In this document: positions 52,846-64,000 of the stretch, piece by piece
How the letters are laid out: each line of letters opens with the position of its first letter
How positions within the stretch are numbered: the stretch's first letter is position 1
Assembly: GCF_009914755.1 (NCBI RefSeq)
Contig: NC_060937.1
Reading direction: 5' to 3' (one strand)
Source of the DNA: the human T2T-CHM13v2.0 reference genome, Homo sapiens
Length of the DNA: 64,000 nucleotides
Position numbers and translations under genes: made by a program
Notes under the pieces: generated by a model
The model's input: the letters and a program-made list of their open reading frames with translations, nothing else
What the model was told of the DNA's origin: nothing
The model's database searches: none

Positions 52846-54683
52846 ATCTCATTGAATATCTGGAACTAGTCACTTCTGAAATCAACTTGACCCTAGGCTT
52901 CCTTGTACCATGAACAAAATATATTTGGGTTTCTATCATTTAGAACCAAAAATAGTACTTTTATTGCTGGTTATGCTTTCTTAACAATAAAAGTTATTCT
53001 TGATTTTAAAAAAAGTCACTCTTGTGAGGGCCTGTTAGTCTCTGATCAGGATGTTTGCTGCATGTTTTCCCAAGAAATATGCAGTAGTATAGCTATAGCT
53101 ATCGTCTGTACTCACTCATGGTCCTTGCTCCCCCAACATCTTATTGCCACTTCAAAGTGCCAGCACATGCTTTACAATCATGACATTGGTTTTTAATCCC
53201 AGTGCTCACCAGCTTGCTATCATAACACATAATTTGGAAAAATTTCTTGACATCTTTTGCTTAAAGCTAATGTTTTATTTAACTGATGCACGCTTTCTGC
53301 TACTAGTTGCTGTTAGCCATCAAAAGGAGGCTTGGCAATTTTAAAACAGAGAGAGGGAGAGAGAGATGAATTATTCTTTTTTATTTGCTCATTTCCTGAT
53401 AATTCTCGCTAATTTTAATGGGTTTTGATGTGCAAAAATGATCTCCTGAGAACAGTTCCATCATTGCAGAGCACATTAAAATAACAAGGCATTATGCCAT
53501 CTTGAGTCCCTAAGAGAGGCAGGTTTGGCAGGGCAAAAGCGCAAGAAAGACCTGCCCATTACAGTGAGATTTTACTGGAGATGTGTGCATGTGAACTTCA
53601 CTCAGGCTCAGGCAGCTGAAGGGAAGGAGATGAAATCTCAATACCAGACCTGGCAGGCCAGGTTGACATGAGGGCCATCTGGTTCCTCTCAAGAATGTCA
53701 GGTAGCAGAATGAGCAGAGAGTGAGAGCGCATTGCTGAGTTCTGGTTCATTGTGAACTGATTTAGAGCTGCAGGAAAATTTTGCTTCTCTGAACCACATG
53801 GCAGAACATAACCTTCACACCTCTCCCCCTGCCTTTAGCAAACTGGGCAGAGGAGTGGGTGACTTGAAAACAATGACAGGATGGAGAGAGGGAGTGGTGT
53901 GGTTGATGTTTTACTTTTAAACACATTTTTAAAGAGTATAGCTTTACAAACTCCTCCACGGCCAACCCTCAAGTTCCACCCTCTACCCCTCTGTAAAACT
54001 GAGCTGGAAATAATTAAATCTAAAGCTAAAAATGAGAGGTGGGGAGACATGTTGCGTGTAAAAATATGGCTAAAGAAGCTTTGCTGTTTCTTTGAATCCC
54101 TTGATACTTCTTTTATGCATATACTTACAAGTTGTTGGAAAGGAAAATATAATATTTTATCTTCCAAATTAAAGAGTGTATTTTGCTGCTATTAAGATAC
54201 CATGGGCTTTGCTTTATTGGATCATTAATTTGACTTTGAATGGTCAAAGGGACTTATTCAGTAAGCATGTATCTCACAACACACAAGACGTGTATATTAA
54301 TGAAAGACTAGAACATACCCAGGAGTCTCTTATTGCCTTATTAAAACATTTATAAATGGGACTTTAATTTAAAGTGCTGCTAAAATGAAAATGAAGTGTT
54401 GTATTGATTCTCATGCCAGATGCTCTTTAGAAAATGCAGTGTGTGTGTGTTATTCCCACTTCAAATTATAACTTCAAATCTGACCTGGACATACTTAAAG
54501 ATAATTCTCTGAAGACAAGATGTAGCATATAAGGCAATTAAACTAAGTCATTTAGATTTCTAGGATGGCTTTTGTACACTAGGTGGCAGAGGCTTCTAAG
54601 AATATCTCTCTTATATAAAGTACCAGAGTTTTGTTTGGCTTTGCAAGCTCAAGCAAAACATTCATGAAAATGTTGTTTTTTAG

Positions 54684-55135
<452 letters not shown>

Positions 55136-58100
55136 TAGAATAGCAGAATTTATTTTTTAATTTAATTAAACTTTACTTGGTTTAATTAATTTAATTTCTT
55201 TTTTTTTTTACTTTAACGCAATAAAAAACCATTCTTAAATGGGAGGATTCAAATGAATGCATGGCAGGGGGTGATGCCTCACATTCTTACAACACGTCTT
55301 TATTTTTGAAAGACTTTTCACATGCATTTTTAAATTTGATCCTTAAAATAACACTGTACTGTGTTAGCACAATTTACAGGACAGGAAATAAATTTCAGAT
55401 AAGGTCAGTAACTTCTTCCAGATTAAGTAATAAAGTGCTCCTGTGTTTTCCCTTTCTATTTGAGCACAAAAACATTCAATAGAATTTTCACTAAAGAGGA
55501 GCTGTGAGTATATTAGTGAGAGTGGGAAGTGGAAGAGTGTCATCTAGTTTTTAAAAGGTGGCAGATCAACAATATTTAGCGAGAAATGGGGAGGAGGAAA
55601 AGCCAAAACAAATGAACTCATTCATTTAAAAACATTATCAGCATCTCCCTGAAAATTATCAACATCTCATATACTATATCAATATATTTTTGGAACCATT
55701 TTATGGGAATATTCTTAATAGAGTTTTAATGCATTTAATGCATGCTCTTTTTTTCAGTTGTCCAAAGAGAAGTGTGCCTTTTGCAATAGATCAATATTTC
55801 TCTAAGCCTGCTTCCCACACCAACTAATATCAGATTCACTAAAGTTTATTAAGAATAGGCTTCTAGCTCCTACTCCCAACCAGATTAATCATAGTTTTGG
55901 GGAACTAACCCAGGTATCTTCATTTTCAACCAGCATCTAAGATTTGGCTAGTAAGTTGTGAGAATCAACAGATTTTACCTTTTTTGATATGATACAGATG
56001 CAGGCAGAAATATGTAAATAGAGTTATAATCACCCCACATCTTGTTTTTTCAGTTATCATAAATTACCACAAAAATTTTATTCATATGAAAAGATGACCT
56101 AATGAATGATAAGTAACTTGGAATTTAAAGAAAATGGGCACACACTCATTCATGCATGTAAGTAGAGGAGGCACATTGGAGTAGAAGAATTTCTTTTCTA
56201 GATTAATGGTTGTAAATGTCCCCAATCAAATGTTAGTTAATAAGGCAACATTGTCCTTTGAAAAATAACTTGAGAAGTGAGAACAATTTTGTTTCTGCTA
56301 CTTATTTTTACCTCTGATTGCTAAATAATCTAACAACTAGCCATTGTTCTCCTTGTGTTTGTTTTCTATTGTAAATTTGGTAGACTTAATTACGGGTGAT
56401 AATAGTAGCATTTTTGAGGAATGACAATCTGTTGTGCATTTTCATGCATAATTATAAAAGCACTCTTGACAAACGAATTGATCGCCTAAACAAAATAGAC
56501 ATGGGTGTAAATGCAGGTCAATCAAATGGAAGATCAATCATGTCAAGCAATATTTTCCAACAGTTCTTTTGAGAGATATTCAGAGAAACAACAAGGAAAA
56601 TTAGTTTTAAATTATCTTGGAGATGCTACATTGTAAAACATACTAAGTACATTTTTTGTTTGTTTTTAACCACAAGGTTTCTTAAAGCAATGAACAGACC
56701 AATGTGCAGTGAATTTCTTGGAGGCAACTGTATAGTTCACTGTTGAATGTATTTGGCATAGTATAATGTGGGATGGATTCAGAAAATCTGAATTTAAGAG
56801 TATACAGCTGTGATGAACCACATTATCTATTACTTCTAGACTGTTTAAGATCTATCTTTCTAGGAAAAAAAATGAATTTTAGATGATTCGTATACTACAT
56901 GTAGTATGGCCCATTGTAAAAGTTTAAAAACCTTCCCTTATCCTCCTTCTTCCCAAAAGCATATATAACTCTTTTGCCTTGAGAATGAATAATGGTTTTT
57001 CATCACTTCAGACATGATTGAATAACCTACAAAGACCCAAATACCATATGAAAGACAGTAGAGAGTACCAATTCATTGGTTATTGATTGTAGCTCTGCCG
57101 ATTTTGTGCCTTCCCATCTTGGTCATTTTTATGGGTTCTAACATATTCCATCTGTTGAGCACCTATCTGTCTGCATCTTTGAACTGACACTGAACACGTA
57201 GACTCTAATTAGTTATTTTACAATTTCCTGGAGTATGCTCTTACCTGTTTATTTGAAATCTCCTGGCCTCTTGACAGCTCTTTACTATCTGGGTTGTTAT
57301 ACATAATTCAAAGACAGAGAAAGCACAGTGAACATTTACATCAACTAACTCATGCTACAAAAGAGGAAATACAACATATTACTTCTTGTCTACTCCTGCC
57401 CATGAGACTTTGCAATGTAATAATGATTCTTTGAAACCTCGCTGATTTCTGTAGTCTCCAGACCTAAATTCTCCAAAGTGATACCTTCAAACTACTGCTT
57501 AGGACACGGCTTGTCATTGGAGGACACTGAGGTATTCCCCAGTCCCTGCCACTCACATAGAAGCATTTATGGGAATAGGACTAAGCTAAAAATTTCATGA
57601 GGCAATAAACTATTTCTGAGCCAGTGCTAGCATTGTTTCACATCTCTGTATTCCAGGACTTAGTTTTGCAGCTCTTGCCTAACACAGAGAAAGCCCTCAA
57701 TATCTTTGTGTTAGAAGAATAATCAGAAAATATAGATAAATAAATTGAAAGCAATGGCTAAATTATATAATCAGAGCAAATTGTCAACAATACACACTGT
57801 ATAACTTGAAGGACATTGTCTAAAATTTATTTTTAAGGTAGAAAAGGATTATCATCTTTACTATATTTCCAAAAAGCATGATTAAGCCCTCATCAATTTC
57901 TGTACCTGTGAATGTGCTTTGGCATTATACTTACACAACATCAGATATTTTATACTCTGGATAATTAGTGGACAGTTTTGTACCTTTGATTTGCTATTAT
58001 ACCATCAGTATTCAACAGTTATTTTAACCACTACTGAAATATTTGAAATCCACTGCCGTTTAATCATAGCAATTATCCTGTCTGCAGAAGTTTCCAGTGA

Positions 58101-61100
58101 CAGAGAACTATCCTGTAACTGACAACCAATGATGAATAGTTTTTTCTGACACTAAGTTTGACTAACAAGTAAGTGAGGATCCTTCACATTTGCTTTGCTT
58201 TGCCTTGCCAAGTGTCAAAACTGTAAATCCTCTGGCTGACGTTTGACTTGGTGGAACTATAATGGCCTTGTTGGTTGTGGCTCTGTTAGAGAAAAGTTAT
58301 ATATATAATCAACTGTCAGCTCAGATGAATTTCTCAGCTATATTGCTTACTTTTGTTTGTTACAGAATTAACTGGAAATTTATTTTCCTCTCTTATCTCC
58401 CTTAGAATATAATAATTGAATTCATTTCCCACACATAAAACTCCCATCTCCTGCTTTGTTTTTTTAATAAAGAGAAATTTAGCACAGAATACATATGGCC
58501 CAAAGACATGTTGAAACATATACTGAATATACTCTACAAAATTTTAAATATATATGTGAAAAATTCTCGTGAATATGTGACATATAAGGTAAAATGAAAA
58601 TTGCCTTTTTGTAATATTAATCTGGTAAGAAGTGGACATTAGGAAATAGTTCATTCGTTTTTTTGATGCATATGCTAATAAGCCTTTAGGGAAGGTTATG
58701 GTGTGAAATCTAAGATTCAGGGATTCAGATTTTTCTCAGGGAATTATGTGCAATTAAAAAACAACACTTAATAAGTGTGGTATAAAATTGTCTTAAGTGG
58801 TTCTATTCCAAGGGAGGAAATCATATTTTTTTTAACATTGAAACTACAAGAAATTTGGAGAGAATTCAGAAAATAAAAACAAAATTAGTTTCAGAGAATT
58901 AATTAGTGTGATATCAGAATACTAAAACTGGAGTTTCAAGTGTGTTAAATATGACCAGGCCCTAAGATGTCATTTTTCTTATCTTTTGGAAAGATAGAAA
59001 ATGACTATGATGGCTTATTTGTTACATTCTAGAATTCTTATTGGATAATTATGTAAGTTGTATTATTTAATGCTTCCTACAAGAGACATTATTATATCTC
59101 TTATTTTGCAGATTAGGGCACAGTATTTGAATATTAAGTCATAATACCTTATGTTATAGTGCCAGGGAATGGTTGAACTTAAAGTCCAATCTGAATGCAA
59201 AGACAGTGTTCTTTCTATAAACTCTTCAATTACGTAGTCTGTATAAGAGAACTCTCTCTTTTTGCTGAATGAATTAATCAATTTAGTTACTACAGTAAAA
59301 CTGTTATAATTTAATTTCTCAAAGACCTTGGCTTAACACAGGAACATAATAAATAAAAATAGAGTAAAAATCTGTTGAAATAACTATGATGTGTCTCTCA
59401 GGATAATGAAAAAGGGAGGATAACTTCAAGGTCCAATAGTAGACGGACGATTGAACCAATTATGCTATGTCGTTATAACAGGTTATACATATTTTAAATC
59501 ATTACTTTAGTTGTACAATATAAACTTTTCCATATGTCACCAGATGTTATAGTAAAACATTAAGGAAAAATAGTTAATACTAATGAAGGGAAATCTTAAT
59601 CTAATATTTAATACTTTATCACTTAATAGGATTTTGAGGAACACCTTTCTTATTTCTTTGTTCCTTTTTATTTAGAATCACAGAGATTTTGTGTAACCAA
59701 AAAAAAAAAAAAAAGAACCCAGGAAATATTTTACATATTCTAAAAGTTCTCACATTCTCAACATTATTTAGCAAATGAAAGGAAAATATTGACATAACAC
59801 TAACTCGTGTCTGCCTTCATTAAATTTCAAAATCGTTAAAACTGTCACAACTTCCTTAAAGGTAAAATGACCTATTTTACAATTTAAAAAATAGTCTGGG
59901 TGCTAATTGAATCTAGAATTAAAACTTGAATCTTTGAGTGCCTTGACCCTTAAAATAATTTTGTTTCAGAATACCAATTAGAATTTGACCTAAAGACATC
60001 TGATATATTAAGACTAATTTTTAAAATTTGCATGAAAGTAATAGTAATCACACTAATTCTAGTTTTCTAACAGGGAAGACAGATAAGTGTTACTTATCTG
60101 TAAGGTGTTTCTCTAATTTTGAAAATTTCATATAAAATATTCTTAAATGGATGTTTTAGGTTTATGTTCATTTGAATTTTTTTCTCAATTATGTTGTATA
60201 ATGATAAACAGTATATTAACAGCACATTAACAGAAATAATTGTGTAGAGACAATGGAAGAACCTATAAGCTCTATTGGTGATGTAATTTTTTAACAGGTA
60301 TAAACTGTGTTATTACAACGTTCAGTTTCTATCCACTTTGTTTAATTTTATAACCACTCCTATCCTAATAGCATGAACATAAAGCAACTTTATATTTAGA
60401 GTATTTTTGAGAGATCACTTCTTGTGGAAATTACATTAATAGGTCATTGATTTCTCTGGTACAAATGACCTTGAACAAAATACTGCCATGGGCAAAACAA
60501 AGTCATTATAACTATCCACTACACTGTGGACTGTGTTAAATAATCATAATCCAAATAAGAAGCTCCAAAATGTTGGTCTCTGGTATGAATCTGTAGCTTA
60601 AAAGCAGTCACACATTGGTAACATCTTTCCTGAATTATGTTACTACATCACAGCGAAGATCTAAATACACTTCAACACTCAGAACACTTTCTCAGCATGC
60701 CTACAACGTGGAGCTGCAGTGTGAATGAGTCAGACCCATGCTCTGAAACAGGTTGCTGAGTCTAGTGAAACAAAATATATAGACTATGAATAAAGTGGCG
60801 GGTAGTACCTGAAATATACTAGACTGACTGTGAATAAAGTGGCAGGTAGTACCTGTTGCCTTAGGCTGAAGTGGAAAGGTCTGAACTTTCATTGAAGAAA
60901 ATATTTATGAATGCATTAACTAAGATGAAATTAGCAGATTCAGACAAACACTTGCAGAAGTCCAGACTATAAATATAAAAATGTCTTTGCTTTTAAGTTG
61001 ATTAAATCTTATTGTTCTATTTCTTAGAACTGTTAAGTTGTGCCCCTCTATATTTATGTGCCTGTTTTTTAAAACACATAAATTTTTTGTTGCTTTGAAA

Positions 61101-61169
61101 GTATGGAATAAAGAAACACTGCTAGGAAAATGAAAAAGCAAGAAAACTGAAAATATGGTTTATTAGAAA

Positions 61170-61380
61170 AATATTTATGAAGTACTTTAGCACACTAGCT
61201 GCTTTATACTCTGCCACACACTTATGAAGTGATTAGAACATGTGTTATTGCTCATGGTTTCCAAATGGGGAAACAAGGACTTAGAAAGCTTAAATAACTT
61301 CCCAAATTTAAATCTTGTAGTGGAATCTACAATAATGTCCAATTTGTCCTCTTCTAATTCCAATCCAGCATTTTTCTAGT
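61170..61380 (-). mobile_element. MIR remnant
   Basis: tttccaaatggggaaacaaggacttagaaagcttaaataacttcccaaa core. Confidence 0.6.
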
Positions 61381-62650
61381 ACATATTCATTTTTGTTTGG
61401 TATATTCTTCAGTATTTCACAGTTTCCTGTGTTGTTTGAGTTCTTATTCTGTACTTATTTCACTCTCTCAGCGTTTTTATCCTATTCACCAGCAGAGAAA
61501 GAAGGTAGCTTTCTCAATTTCTGTTAATCTATATCACCAATCACTTAACTGTTGGAGTAACATAAACCTCAATAGCAGAAATGAAGACAACATTTGAAAA
61601 ATCAGAAAGCTCTCGCTTTTTCTACCCTCTGACCCAGTTTGCAAGAGTCTATTGGTAAAAATGTCTTGACATCTTTGGAATGCTGTCAAGAAACACAGAG
61701 CCCAAATGAAGTCTGTATTCATTGTCTCTCACATACATTTTACCTGTTAAAAATGCATTTTCTGCAGTTTAAGCCCAAAGTGTCACGGAAGTACTACATT
61801 TCTGTGACTTGAAATTCCAAAATGAGACATTTCCATCTTTAAGCTGGAAACAATTCTTATACTTGTCACCTTTTGTAGTTTATAAAGGTTTCTTTTGATC
61901 CTTTTGCAGTTACTTGCTGAATATTGAAAGGGGCTTTTTTGACACATATAAAACAGGGTTTATGTGTGCATGTTTATTTTTATAAATTTATTTGTTGCTA
62001 GGTCCAAGAAGCCTTTTTCTCCCCTTTGCATTACTTTGATGCACCTGTTATGATCCTGCTGAAAGCTCCCTTGCTTCTTTGGAGCTCTGAGGGGAGCTTT
62101 GTACCTTTGAAATTTTCACGAGCTTTTGACTAGCTGCCAAGATTTCGGCTGCTGTGATGCAGCACAGAGGCAGCCATGCATTGGGCTGCCAAGTCTCAAA
62201 TTCTTGTTTAGAATGACAGTGAGAACCTCCAGACCTCACTAAAGAGAATTTGCAGAACAGAACTGTATTCTTTCACAAGGTGGTTGGTGCCAAGGCCGGG
62301 TTGGTCTTTGACAGAGCAGAAACCAGGATGATCAATATCAGAAGCATCCTCATGCATGGTTTTCAAATCAGGAGTGGGGGTTAGGAATGAAGTTTGCCGA
62401 GTATTGGATATAACAGGGGATATTTAGAAAAGGTGCCAGGCATTGAACTGATTCAAATTTCTCCCAGTATCTACTCTTTTTGTAAAAGTAAGAAATTTTG
62501 AATTGGAAATAACCTAATTAGTTTAGAAAAACAAATAAATAAGAAAATAAGCATAGCATTTTTTAAAGGCTTAGCTACTTAAGCATTTAAAATACCTTCT
62601 CTCACAAAAGTTAAATCTTGTTCATGTGTACACTGGTTTTGATAAGATAA

Positions 62651-62986
<336 letters not shown>

Positions 62987-63263
62987 TAACTGAAAGTTTT
63001 AATATAGCTTTCAGGGATAACTTATGTACTCTTGAAACTATATCTGATATTTTGTATTTGTATGTATGTCTGTTGATGTCTCTCTCTGTATACATAGAAA
63101 CATTTCCATATCTAGCTAGCTAGCTCCCATTTGCAGGTTTTGTATATCCAGTTACAACAGCATAGTAGGGGAAAAGGAACCTGACATAATAATATTCGGT
63201 ATTTTTACAAGCAGGATATTAAAATTCATTTGCAAGTTCTTAGTGGAATGCAGTAGTTTTTGA

Positions 63264-63630
<367 letters not shown>

Positions 63631-63839
63631 TGAGAGTAGGAAACACCTATGGTTCAGTTTCTCTATGCCATTTGGAATATTTCAAGAACAGTATAGACAT
63701 AACTTGCATTCCAATTGTTTAAAGAATTGTATGAGTCTGAATGTGGAAATTAACCATTTTGTTTTCAGTGCTAATTTTATGAGACCAATAAGCCTGCAAT
63801 AGAATGACTAGGAAAGCTACTACCTTCATTAAGGAAAGA

Positions 63840-64000
63840 AGCTGGGTATGGTGGCTCACACCTGTAATCCCAGCACTTTGGGAGGACAAAGCAGGAGGAT
63901 CACTTGAAGCCAGGAGTTTAAAATTAGCTTGGGCAATGCAGCAAATCCCCATCTCTACAAAAGAAAATAATAATAATAAATAAATAAATAAATTAGCCAG
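63840..64000 (+). mobile_element. AluJ-like left arm, cut by the window end
   Basis: gctgggtatggtggctcacacctgtaatcccagcactttgggagg...ggaggatcacttgaagccaggagtt; expanded A-rich linker. Confidence 0.9.

Noticed and set aside
52441-52939. Several overlapping ORFs on both strands
   Set aside because: Artefact of GA/CA low-complexity sequence lacking stops.

Overview
Primate (very probably human) genomic DNA: AT-rich, CpG-depleted and dense in Alu, L1, L2, MIR, LTR and DNA-transposon remnants. The only protein-coding feature I can support is one 126-bp internal exon (5029-5154, + strand) encoding EFINSLRLYRSFYGGLADQLCANELAAADGLPCWNGEDIVK. I recognise this as glypican-5 (GPC5), probably exon 5, so the rest of the window is intron. 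All other ORFs in the track look like repeat-derived or chance frames. I found no convincing new biological system, CRISPR array, RNA gene or foreign insert. The best leads are: (i) a candidate alternative last exon at 29821 (strong acceptor, immediate in-frame stop, AATAAA) that would give an anchor-less GPC5; (ii) a HERV-W (LTR17) solo LTR apparently missing its TATA box, next to an intact antisense LTR12; (iii) a head-to-head fusion of two different L1 3' ends inside one apparent target-site duplication; (iv) several fold-back insertions between 38.5 and 47.5 kb; (v) dispersed local duplications. Repeat subfamily names and boundaries were assigned by eye from recalled consensus sequences and are approximate.
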